The notes under the pieces: generated by a model
What the model was told of the DNA's origin: nothing
The model's database searches: none
The model's input: only the letters and a program-made list of their open reading frames with translations
Source: Kiritimatiellia bacterium
Lineage (GTDB): Bacteria; Verrucomicrobiota; Kiritimatiellia; RFP12; UBA1067
DNA length: 64,000 bases
NCBI GenBank assembly: GCA_050949565.1
Contig: JBMNFY010000017.1
Coordinates: forward strand, 256,001 to 320,000
Reading direction: 5' to 3'
Part shown: one piece after another, positions 31,074-39,363 of the stretch
Numbering within the stretch: the stretch's first letter is position 1
How the letters are laid out: each line of letters opens with the position of its first letter
Made by a program: the position numbers and the translations under genes

Positions 31074-32726
31074 GAGGCTCTTGCAAAACCCCCACACCGC
31101 AACGCCTGACGGCCTGCGGGCGGGACGTCTTGTCAGCGAACCATCCCACCGCCCGGCGCGGCCGGGCATGACGCTCCGCCCCACGCCGCGTCGCCTTCTG
31201 CACGGCACCATACCGCGCCCAAAACAAACAGGGGTATTGTCGCACATTCCGGGGTGTTTGTCTACCCCCCCCCCGATTTTTGTTGTATCTTGTTGCCGCG
31301 CAATATGTTACAATGCCTCCATCATCCGTAAGGACGGAAAAACAAACGCGGAAAGGAGACAAAAACGCATGAAGGAAACGCGACATCAACCCCCTCTGGG
31401 CCAGTTGTGGAACAGCATCCAGTCATGGCTCTTCCCGATGCTGGAGGACGAGATCGGGGAACTCGACGAGAAGCACCGCCAGTTCGTCGCGGTCTGCGAG
31501 CTGTGCGCCCCGCAGGATCACATGGGCGCCTACCGCTGGTGCGGCAACGGCTGCCCGCCGTGCGACCGGCTGGCGATGTGCAAGGCGTTCATAGGCAAGG
31601 CCGTCTGGAACTTCGACACCACGAGCGGCCTGATCGACGCCATCCGCCACCGTCCGGCCCTGCGCCGGCTGTGCGGCTGGGAGACGCTCGGCGAAGTGCC
31701 CTCGGCGTCGACCTTCTCGCGCGCCTTCGCCGAATTCGCCAAAAACGGGTGCCCGCAGGAAATCCACGAGGCGATGGTCAAGGCCCGCTATGGCGACAAG
31801 CTCGCCGGGCACGTCAGCCGCGACGCCACCGCGATCCGCGCCCGCGAGAAGGCCGCGGCCAAGCCGGAGACGGCCCCCGCCCCCGAGCGCGGCAAACGCG
31901 GCCGGCGCAGGAAGGGCGAGCCCCCGGCGCCGCCGCCGGATCCGACACGGCTGCAACTGCAGCTCAACCGCGGCTTGAAGGAAAACCTGGCCGACCTGCC
32001 CGCGTCCTGCGACTGGGGCTGCAAGAAGAACAGCAAGGGCAAGACAGAATGCTGGCGCGGCTACAAGGCCCATCTGGACGTGATCGACGGCGATATCCCG
32101 GTCAGCTTCATACTCACTTCCGCCAGCCTGCACGACAGCCAGGCCGCCATCCCGCTGGCGCAGATGACCGCCGGACGGATCGTCAACCTCTATGATCTGG
32201 CCGACGCCGCCTACGACGCCAAGGAGATCCGCGAGATGTCGGCGCGGCTGGGGCACGTGGCGCTCATCGACCACAACCCGCGCCGGGGCGAGAAGATCGA
32301 GTTCTCCCCGGCGGAAGCCCGGCGCTACCACGAACGCACGGCCGTCGAGCGCGTCAACAGCCATCTGCACGAAGAGCACGGCGGACGGAACGTCCGGGTG
32401 CGCGGCCCGGCGAAGGTGGCGGCGCATCTGGCCTTCGGGCTGCTGGTCATCGCCGCCGAGCAGATGCTCAGAATGCTTCCCTGACCGGCCCCGCGGCAGA
32501 CTGCCCTCCCTGAAAACCCGCCCGCGACCGGGCGGAGGCGCCGGGGTCTGCCCGGAAACATCCGAAAAACGGGAAAAACGCCCTGTCGCGTCCGTTTTTC
32601 AGCAACCGCTGCGCCTCTTCGTCAGAAAATCCTGCAAAATCCCTTGCGTGCAGGCGTGGCACGGGCATCCTGCCCGTGTTTCATGGGCGGGACGCCCATG
32701 TCACGAGGGGGTTTTGCAAGAGCCTC
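31074..32726 (+). mobile_element. Complete insertion sequence (DDE, IS5/IS1182-like), 1653 bp
   Basis: Perfect 20-bp TIRs GAGGCTCTTGCAAAACCCCC / GGGGGTTTTGCAAGAGCCTC; 4-bp TSD ATGA (31070-31073, 32727-32730). Confidence 0.93.
31369..32484 (+). CDS. DDE transposase (IS5/IS1182-like)
   Basis: VPSASTFSR, DATAI, GYKAHL, DAAYD and YHERTAVERVNS motifs; RBS GAAAGGAG. Confidence 0.92.
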   Translation: MKETRHQPPLGQLWNSIQSWLFPMLEDEIGELDEKHRQFVAVCELCAPQDHMGAYRWCGNGCPPCDRLAMCKAFIGKAVWNFDTTSGLIDAIRHRPALRRLCGWETLGEVPSASTFSRAFAEFAKNGCPQEIHEAMVKARYGDKLAGHVSRDATAIRAREKAAAKPETAPAPERGKRGRRRKGEPPAPPPDPTRLQLQLNRGLKENLADLPASCDWGCKKNSKGKTECWRGYKAHLDVIDGDIPVSFILTSASLHDSQAAIPLAQMTAGRIVNLYDLADAAYDAKEIREMSARLGHVALIDHNPRRGEKIEFSPAEARRYHERTAVERVNSHLHEEHGGRNVRVRGPAKVAAHLAFGLLVIAAEQMLRMLP

Positions 32727-32738
32727 ATGAATGACGTC

Positions 32739-32767
32739 ATTATTACATTTTACCTTCCCCGCGTCAA
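32739..32767 (-). promoter_or_regulatory. Putative native promoter of the 2250-aa gene, displaced by the IS
   Basis: TTGACG-N17-AATAAT pointing at the IS insertion site. Confidence 0.45.
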
Positions 32768-32817
32768 GGCAACGCCGGAACTAATTTTGAAAGCCGATCT
32801 GTGAAACGCGCAACACA

Positions 32818-32895
32818 CTCACCACGCCTGAGTATTATCCGCTCACGCTCAATGCGTTGCTCGCCAAACTTGAGCCGCGTTGTCATGAGTCGATA
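32818..32895 (+). pseudogene. Collapsed remnant of a duplicated DUF480/YceH gene
   Basis: 32818-32865 is identical to 22116-22163. The following bases resemble 22312-22326 and the gene end at ~22703-22722. Confidence 0.75.
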
Positions 32896-33884
32896 GGGGG
32901 TTCGGGGGCGGAGCCCCCGTTCTTCGCCGCCTCACACAGGGCAATAATCCGGACATTCATCAGCTCGCAGTTCATGCGGCTCACCGGGAACGTCGGGACA
33001 TCGGCGGGGAAGGAACTGAGAATCAGCTCCCGCCCCGCCGCCAGGTGGCGGCTGTCCTCGACCGTGGGATCAAAGCGCGGCGGCAGCCCATGAGGCACGC
33101 TCTTGATCCAGCGCGCATGCGAAGACAGCCGAAGCCGCTGCTCAACCTCCTTTTCTGCAGGTGAGAGAAAGCCAGAAACCGGAATCATGCCGCGCTCCGC
33201 CTTCTCGACCGCGTCGGCAATCGCAGCTTCCTGCTCGGCAACAGGGACTCGGCGCGTCAGTCGAACGGGGAAGAGGAACGGCGAGGCCAATAGTGTGAGA
33301 TCGCCGTACCCGCTCCATGGGAGTGCCGGATCGAGCACGCGGTGTCGCAGCCCAGAATGGCGGGCGAAACGATCCGGATGATCGCGCTTCCAGATGGCAC
33401 GAGCCGGGTTGTTGCGGATGTAGGTGCGGATCGCCCGCAATTGACGAGAGTCAAGGGAGAGATCCATCCAAAAATCTGGCTCCCAGAACGGGGCAAAGGA
33501 CGGGGGCCGCCCCCCCGAACCCCCGCCCGGCGCAGGCGGCGTGTTACGCAGGACGCGGGGCGGCGGGCCGCCCGTTGTAATCATGCGCTCGGTTTCCTCT
33601 CGGAAGGCATGCACGAAGACGAGCGGGTTAAAGATGGGGTCGGCGTCGTAGTTGACGATGAGCAGGAAATGGACATGATCCGGCATGATGACAAAATCAC
33701 TGGCTGTCAGAGCGGAATTGAGGCCGTGCAGTGCCCTCAGCATTTCAAGCACCTTCTTGCCAGATTCCGTGAGCACCGGCCGTGTCTTCTCGTCCACGAG
33801 CCGGGAAAGGATGGGCCTCCGCTTGTTTACGCAAACGGTAAAAAAGAAGAACTGCCTCCCCCGATGCCGGAACTTAAGCTTCAT
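32883..33884 (-). CDS. REP-associated tyrosine (HUH/Y1) transposase with an additional C-terminal domain (DprA/SLOG-like by appearance)
   Basis: FFTVCV, FVIMPDHVHFLL (HUH) and YIRNNP (catalytic Tyr); C-terminal VSGFLSPAEK...LILSS; flanked by REPs. Confidence 0.85.
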   Translation of the reverse strand: MKLKFRHRGRQFFFFTVCVNKRRPILSRLVDEKTRPVLTESGKKVLEMLRALHGLNSALTASDFVIMPDHVHFLLIVNYDADPIFNPLVFVHAFREETERMITTGGPPPRVLRNTPPAPGGGSGGRPPSFAPFWEPDFWMDLSLDSRQLRAIRTYIRNNPARAIWKRDHPDRFARHSGLRHRVLDPALPWSGYGDLTLLASPFLFPVRLTRRVPVAEQEAAIADAVEKAERGMIPVSGFLSPAEKEVEQRLRLSSHARWIKSVPHGLPPRFDPTVEDSRHLAAGRELILSSFPADVPTFPVSRMNCELMNVRIIALCEAAKNGGSAPEPPIDS

Positions 33885-33927
33885 AACCGCCACTCAATAC
33901 ACGGGGGTTCGGGGGCGGAGCCCCCGT
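32896..33927. repeat. REP copies around and within the RAYT: 32896-32920 (+), 33500-33524 (-, variant loop), 33903-33927 (+)
   Basis: 25-nt GGGGGTTCGGGGGCGGAGCCCCCGT; the internal copy differs only in the hairpin loop. Confidence 0.9.
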
Positions 33928-33941
33928 CCTTCCGTCCTTGC

Positions 33942-34685
33942 TCACTCCTCAAACCACGCGCCGACGGTTTCTGCAAAGGCCGCCAGATCGGGCAGGCAGA
34001 GTTGCGCCCGGTCGTCGAATGATGTCGGCTGAGCGTTGACGATCACCAGTTTCCCGCCGGTCCGCAAAGTCTCGCCGGGCAGCGCGGCCACGGGATGCAC
34101 CGTCAGCGAAGTGCCGAGCACCAGCATCAGGTCGGCCTGACGCGCCTGCGCAACGGCTTCCGCGAGCGCAGCCTCGGGCAACGCCTCGCCGAAGAAGGTG
34201 ACGTCGGGTTTGTAGGCCGCGCCGCATTGGGTGCACAGCGCAACTGGCCCATGCTGTTTCAGCAACGCACAGACCTCGTCAAAGGTGGCGCAATGTCCGC
34301 AACGAATGCAGTGGTGCTGGATCGGCGAGCCGTGAGCCTCGATCACATGGCGCGAGCCAGCCTTCTGGTGGAGCATGTCGATGTTCTGCGTAATGATCGC
34401 CTTAAGCCGACCGACCTGCTCCAGCCGGGCAAGCAGTGTGTGAACCGGGCCGGGCGCATAACGGTCAAGCCCGTAGATCATCTCGCGGCAGGCCTCGTAG
34501 TAGATGGCAGGATCACGACGGAACCAGTGGATGTCGAAGATCCGCTCAGCGCCGGGTTGTCGATAGAGCCCCTGCGGTCCCCGAAAGTCGGGGATGCCGG
34601 CCAACGTGGAAATCCCGGCCCCGGTCAAGGCCACCATATGGTCGGCCTGCTGTATCATCGTCTTTAGGTCAGCTCTGTTTGTCAT
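33942..34685 (-). CDS. cobB: NAD-dependent protein deacylase (Sir2 family)
   Basis: TGAGIS...GIPDFRG, TQNID, HGS, two CxxC pairs, FFGE and GTSL motifs. Confidence 0.93.
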   Translation of the reverse strand: MTNRADLKTMIQQADHMVALTGAGISTLAGIPDFRGPQGLYRQPGAERIFDIHWFRRDPAIYYEACREMIYGLDRYAPGPVHTLLARLEQVGRLKAIITQNIDMLHQKAGSRHVIEAHGSPIQHHCIRCGHCATFDEVCALLKQHGPVALCTQCGAAYKPDVTFFGEALPEAALAEAVAQARQADLMLVLGTSLTVHPVAALPGETLRTGGKLVIVNAQPTSFDDRAQLCLPDLAAFAETVGAWFEE

Positions 34686-34724
34686 GCCTGCATTGTACGA
34701 CAACCGGCGCAGTGTGTCACGCGC

Positions 34725-35387
34725 TCATTGGTAGGTCTGATAGACCAACAACGGACCGCCCTCGAAAACCAGCTTGAAGGTTTCGCCAAGCGACTCGTTC
34801 AGCGCGGCCTGCCACCAGCGGGTGAAGGGCACGCCGTCGAGCGCGTATTTCAGGCCTTCGGCGTAAACCTGAAGATCAGGCGCGAGCGCAAAGACCGAGA
34901 CCTGCTGCCCTGCATGCGACCGGAACTGCGTAGAGGCGAGTACCGGTGTGAAAACTCCGGTGTCGGTCAGCAACACGACGCGCCCGCGGACAGTGCCTGC
35001 AGTACGCGACGCATGCAGTGTCTGTGCGAAATCCGCCAGCCAGGCGAGATTGCTCAGCGTGTGATCCTCACGCAGACCGGTGGCACCCACGATCACCAGA
35101 TCACGCCAGCCCTGCTCCAGACAGAAATGGAAGGCCTTGGCCAGATCGTTGGTCTCCTGCTCAGCCACCGCCACCAGGCGATCCTGATAGCGCATGCGAC
35201 TCTCTTCGGCGATACTGTCGAGATCCCCCACGATCCAGTCCGGCACAATGTCCGCCGCCTCCAGCTTTTCAGCCGCGCCATCGCAGCACACCACGCGCCG
35301 CGCCCCGCGCAACGCTGCCAGCGGCAGCGGATGCGACGGGAACGCGCCGTTCGCTACGATGACACATTTGGAAAGCGGCGGTTTCAT
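34725..35387 (-). CDS. thiN: Thiamine diphosphokinase
   Basis: CCDGAA, VGDLDS, QETNDL, GATGLREDH and GLKY motifs. Confidence 0.9.
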   Translation of the reverse strand: MKPPLSKCVIVANGAFPSHPLPLAALRGARRVVCCDGAAEKLEAADIVPDWIVGDLDSIAEESRMRYQDRLVAVAEQETNDLAKAFHFCLEQGWRDLVIVGATGLREDHTLSNLAWLADFAQTLHASRTAGTVRGRVVLLTDTGVFTPVLASTQFRSHAGQQVSVFALAPDLQVYAEGLKYALDGVPFTRWWQAALNESLGETFKLVFEGGPLLVYQTYQ

Positions 35388-35409
35388 CACAATTTTCCTC
35401 TTACTTCGC

Positions 35410-36957
35410 TCATGCGTCGGCGCGCGAACTGTCACTTTTTTCATCAAGCAACACATTCAGCGCCTGCAGATAGGCCAGGATGCTGCCCTCGATCACGTCG
35501 GTCGAGACACCGCGCCCGTGGTAGACGCGCTCGCCGTCACGCACGCGCACCGTCGCCTCGCACTGGGCGTCCCGACCGCCGGTGATAGCGTTGAGTTGGA
35601 AGCTTTCCAGCGTGACCTTCAGGCCCAGCAATTGATTGATCGCCTTGAACGAGGCATTGATCGGACCGTCACTCGCGGCGACGTGCTCTATCAGCTTACC
35701 GTCACGCAGCAGACGGATCGTACCCACCGGCGTGATCGCGTTGCTGGCCGTGACGTTGAAACGGTCGAGCTTGACGTGCTCGGTGATCATGATCTGCATG
35801 CCGTGCGCCAGCGCTTCGAGGTCGGCGTCGGTCACGGTCTTCTTGCGGTCGGCGAGATCCTTGAACTTTTCGAACAGCTCATTGAGGCGCGCCTCGTCCA
35901 AGTGAAAGCCCAATTCGTTCAGACGGCTCTCAAAGGCATGCCGTCCTGAGTGCTTACCCAGCACCATCTTATTGCGCGGCAGGCCGATCGACGCAGGCGT
36001 CATGATCTCGTAGGTCAGCGGGTTAGCGAGCACGCCGTGCTGGTGGATGCCGGCCTCATGCGCAAAGGCATTCTCGCCGACAATGGCCTTGTTCGCCTGC
36101 ACGCGGCTGCCGGTGACGGTAATCACGCAACGGCTGGTCGCATAGATCTTGGTGGTGTCGATGTTGGTCTCGGCCTGGAAAAACTCGCGGCGCGTGTGCA
36201 GCGCCATGACGATCTCTTCCAGGGCAGCGTTACCCGCACGTTCGCCAATGCCGTTGACGGTGCATTCGACCTGATCGGCACCGGCACGCACAGCGGCCAG
36301 CGAGTTGGCGACCGCCAACCCGAGGTCATTGTGACAATGCACGGCCAGCCGCGCCTTGTCGATGTTCGGCACGTTGTTCCTGATGTCCTCGATCAGCTTG
36401 CCGAATTGCTCCGGCACGGCATACCCCACGGTGTCGGGGATATTGACCGTTCCAGCGCCCGCCGCGATCACGCCTTCCACCACGCGGTAGATGAACGGAC
36501 GCTCGCTGCGCGAGCAGTCCTCCAGCGAGAACTGGACATCGCCGCACAGGTTGCGCGCATGCTTGACCATCGCCACCGCCTGCTCGTACACCGCATCCGG
36601 CTCCATCTTCAGTTTGCAGGCCATGTGGATCGGCGAGGTTGCGATGAAGGTATGGATGCGGGGATGCTTCGCCTGACGCACCGCTTCCCATGCGCGGTCA
36701 ATGTCCTTGGGCAACGCCCGGCACAGACTGGCCACCGTAGCCTCCTTGACCACGCCGGCAATGGCTCTGACCGACTCGAAGTCGCCGACTGAGGCGATCG
36801 CGAAACCGGCCTCGATGACATCCACGCGCAACGCCTCGAGATGCTCCGCGACCAACAGTTTGTCGCGCAGGTTCATGGTGCAACCCGGCGACTGCTCGCC
36901 GTCGCGCAGGGTGGTGTCGAATATGTAGATGCGTCGCATCTCAGAAGTTTCGCTCAT
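35410..36957 (-). CDS. leuA: 2-isopropylmalate synthase
   Basis: FDTTLRDGEQSPG, HCHNDLG, GIGERAGN, HEAGIHQHG, LGKHSGR and a regulatory C-terminal domain. Confidence 0.97.
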   Translation of the reverse strand: MSETSEMRRIYIFDTTLRDGEQSPGCTMNLRDKLLVAEHLEALRVDVIEAGFAIASVGDFESVRAIAGVVKEATVASLCRALPKDIDRAWEAVRQAKHPRIHTFIATSPIHMACKLKMEPDAVYEQAVAMVKHARNLCGDVQFSLEDCSRSERPFIYRVVEGVIAAGAGTVNIPDTVGYAVPEQFGKLIEDIRNNVPNIDKARLAVHCHNDLGLAVANSLAAVRAGADQVECTVNGIGERAGNAALEEIVMALHTRREFFQAETNIDTTKIYATSRCVITVTGSRVQANKAIVGENAFAHEAGIHQHGVLANPLTYEIMTPASIGLPRNKMVLGKHSGRHAFESRLNELGFHLDEARLNELFEKFKDLADRKKTVTDADLEALAHGMQIMITEHVKLDRFNVTASNAITPVGTIRLLRDGKLIEHVAASDGPINASFKAINQLLGLKVTLESFQLNAITGGRDAQCEATVRVRDGERVYHGRGVSTDVIEGSILAYLQALNVLLDEKSDSSRADA

Positions 36958-37046
36958 GGTTCTGTTTCCTCGTCGTGCCCCTGTCGGGGCTGTTATCGTT
37001 TTGGTTTCCGGGCTTTGCCCCCGTAATCCGCCACGCTGTCGCCGGG

Positions 37047-37091
37047 AAAACAAAAACCCCCGCGGCAGCATTCGCTGATCCACGGGAGTTC
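37047..37091 (-). terminator. Attenuator terminator in the leuA leader
   Basis: mRNA ACUCCCGUGG-(AU-CAGC GAAU GCUG)-CCGCGGGGGU followed by UUUUGUUUU. Confidence 0.8.
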
Positions 37092-37118
37092 TGGCCTTAC
37101 CTTCGCACTGCGAAAAAC

Positions 37119-37199
37119 CTACACGTCAACCCTCCCGTGGCCGCACAGCAGCCACAAGCCGGTAAGTCGCAGGTTAATCGCTATGACTTTCGATGTCAT
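37119..37199 (-). CDS. Leu-rich leader peptide MTSKVIAINLRLTGLWLLCGHGRVDV
   Basis: 26 codons with 5 Leu. Its 3' part CCACGGGAG is the exact complement of the terminator 5' arm CTCCCGTGG. Confidence 0.75.
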   Translation of the reverse strand: MTSKVIAINLRLTGLWLLCGHGRVDV

Positions 37200-37492
37200 T
37201 TGCGGGTATCATGACATAGTTGGGCCGTCTCTGACAAGCGGAATCGAAAATCCAAAAACTAAAATTTTCGATTTGTTGGCGCAGCTCAATTTTGCTAATG
37301 TGTTTGTTTTTACCCGTTGTACGGGTGGAAACGAGTGGCACGTCCCGGTCGGGTGACCGGTTCCGCGGCCCTCATAAACAGTCACAGACTAACAAACCTC
37401 AAAACAAACGTCGGCCGGACATCGCGACGCCGCAACGGCGCGCAACGTGCCTCGCACAATCACTTTATCCGGCGGACGGGAACACAATTCAC

Positions 37493-39235
37493 ATGGCAAT
37501 CCGTAAACCCACGACCGCAGCAACAAAGACCGGTCCACTCTATGACGCAATGGCGGCAGCGCTGGACCAGACGATGAATCAGTTCACGGTCGGCTCCATC
37601 ATCAAGGGTACAGTCAGCGGTATCAAAGGCAACGAAGTTTTCGTTGATATTGGTTACAAATCAGAGGGCGTGGTTTCAATAAACGAGTTTGAAGACCCGA
37701 CCCAGATCAAGACGGGCGATGAAATCGATGTGCTGCTGGAACAGCTTGAGAGCGATTCCGGCATGGTGGTGCTGAGCAAGTCCCGCGCGGATGAGAAGCT
37801 GCGCTGGGATGCGGTTCTGGCCAAATACACGGAAGGCGGCGTGGTCACAGGCACCATCCGCAACAAGGTGCGTGGCGGTTTGATCGTGAACGTGGACGGC
37901 GTGGACGCCTTCCTCCCCGGTTCGCAGGTCGATGTCACGCCTGTGCATGACCCCGACCCCTATCTGGGCACGACCAGCGAATTTAAAGTCATCAAGATCA
38001 GCAACGAACGCCGCAACATCATTGTGTCGCGCCGTGAGTTGATCGAAGAGCGTCTGGCGGAAAAGAAGCGCGAACTGCTCGGCACCATCGAGAAGGGCCA
38101 GATGCGCCACGGCCGCGTCAAGAACATTACCGATTTCGGTGCGTTCGTGGACTTGGACGGGCTGGACGGTCTGTTGCACATTACCGATATGAGTTGGGGC
38201 CGCATCAAGCACCCGAACGAGATGCTCAAGGTCGGCGACGAACTCGACGTGATCATCCTCGAGGTCGACATGGAGCGTGAGCGCGTGTCGCTGGGCCTCA
38301 AGCAGGCCACGCCGAATCCGTGGGACAATATCGGCGACACCTATCCGGTCGGCAGCCGTCTGCGCGGCAAGGTGGTCAATCTGGTGCCCTACGGTGCTTT
38401 CGTCGAGATCGAGCCCGGCATCGAAGGTCTGGTACACGTCTCAGAATTCTCCTGGACCAAGCGCGTGGCCCGCGCCTCTGACATGCTCAGCGTTGGCGAC
38501 GAGGTCGACGTGGTAGTGCTCAGCATCGACGCCGAAAACCAAAAGATCGCGTTGGGCATCCGTCAGACCGAGGCCAACCCGTGGGACACGGTGCAGGATC
38601 GTTACCCGGTCGGCAGCCGCGTGAGCGGCAAGGTCCGCAACTTCACGACCTACGGTGCCTTTGTCGAACTGGAAGAGGGCATCGACGGCATGATCCATGT
38701 CTCTGACATGTCTTGGACGCGCAAGATCAACCACCCGAGCGAAGTCCTCCAGAAGGGGATGCAGGTCGACGCGGTGGTGCTCGAGGTCAATCCGGCCGAT
38801 CAGCGCATCAGTCTGGGCCTCAAGCAGGCCAGCGACGACCCGTGGAACACGATCGCCAGCCGCTACGCCATCGGCCAGATCGTCACCGGCAAGGTCTCCA
38901 AGATCGCCTCCTTCGGCGCGTTCGTTGAACTCGAGGACGGCGTGGACGGGCTCGTCCACATCTCCCAGATCAGCGACCAGCATGTGGAGAAGGTCAAGGA
39001 CGCCCTCAAGGTCGGGCAGGATGTCGAGGCGCGCATCGTGAAGATCGATCGCGACGAACGCCGCATCGGCCTGAGCATCAGGGCGGTCACCATGAACGAG
39101 AGCCAGATCGCCGAATTGACGCGCGACCTGAGCATCACAGACCTCAAGCCGGGCGAGAACCTGGTGGGTCTGGCGGCAGCCTTCGACGACGCCTTCGCGC
39201 AGAGCGAAGAGTGGCGTCCGGGCGCCGACGAATAA
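37493..39235 (+). CDS. rpsA: 30S ribosomal protein S1
   Basis: DIGYKSEG, FLPGSQ and repeated S1 domains (FGAFVDL...GLLHITDMSW). Confidence 0.97.
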   Translation: MAIRKPTTAATKTGPLYDAMAAALDQTMNQFTVGSIIKGTVSGIKGNEVFVDIGYKSEGVVSINEFEDPTQIKTGDEIDVLLEQLESDSGMVVLSKSRADEKLRWDAVLAKYTEGGVVTGTIRNKVRGGLIVNVDGVDAFLPGSQVDVTPVHDPDPYLGTTSEFKVIKISNERRNIIVSRRELIEERLAEKKRELLGTIEKGQMRHGRVKNITDFGAFVDLDGLDGLLHITDMSWGRIKHPNEMLKVGDELDVIILEVDMERERVSLGLKQATPNPWDNIGDTYPVGSRLRGKVVNLVPYGAFVEIEPGIEGLVHVSEFSWTKRVARASDMLSVGDEVDVVVLSIDAENQKIALGIRQTEANPWDTVQDRYPVGSRVSGKVRNFTTYGAFVELEEGIDGMIHVSDMSWTRKINHPSEVLQKGMQVDAVVLEVNPADQRISLGLKQASDDPWNTIASRYAIGQIVTGKVSKIASFGAFVELEDGVDGLVHISQISDQHVEKVKDALKVGQDVEARIVKIDRDERRIGLSIRAVTMNESQIAELTRDLSITDLKPGENLVGLAAAFDDAFAQSEEWRPGADE

Positions 39236-39242
39236 GTCCATG

Positions 39243-39277
39243 CGGGGCGTCTGGCAACAGGCGCCCCGTCCTTTTTT
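39243..39277 (+). terminator. Intrinsic terminator after rpsA
   Basis: CGGGGCGTCTG-GCAA-CAGGCGCCCCG followed by TCCTTTTTT. Confidence 0.8.
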
Positions 39278-39363
39278 CAATGGAATCGAGAGAAGCGGCA
39301 CACTCGATTAAATCGATTCTTTCGATTCCATCGATTCACTCGACAACAAGCTATACCCCCCCT

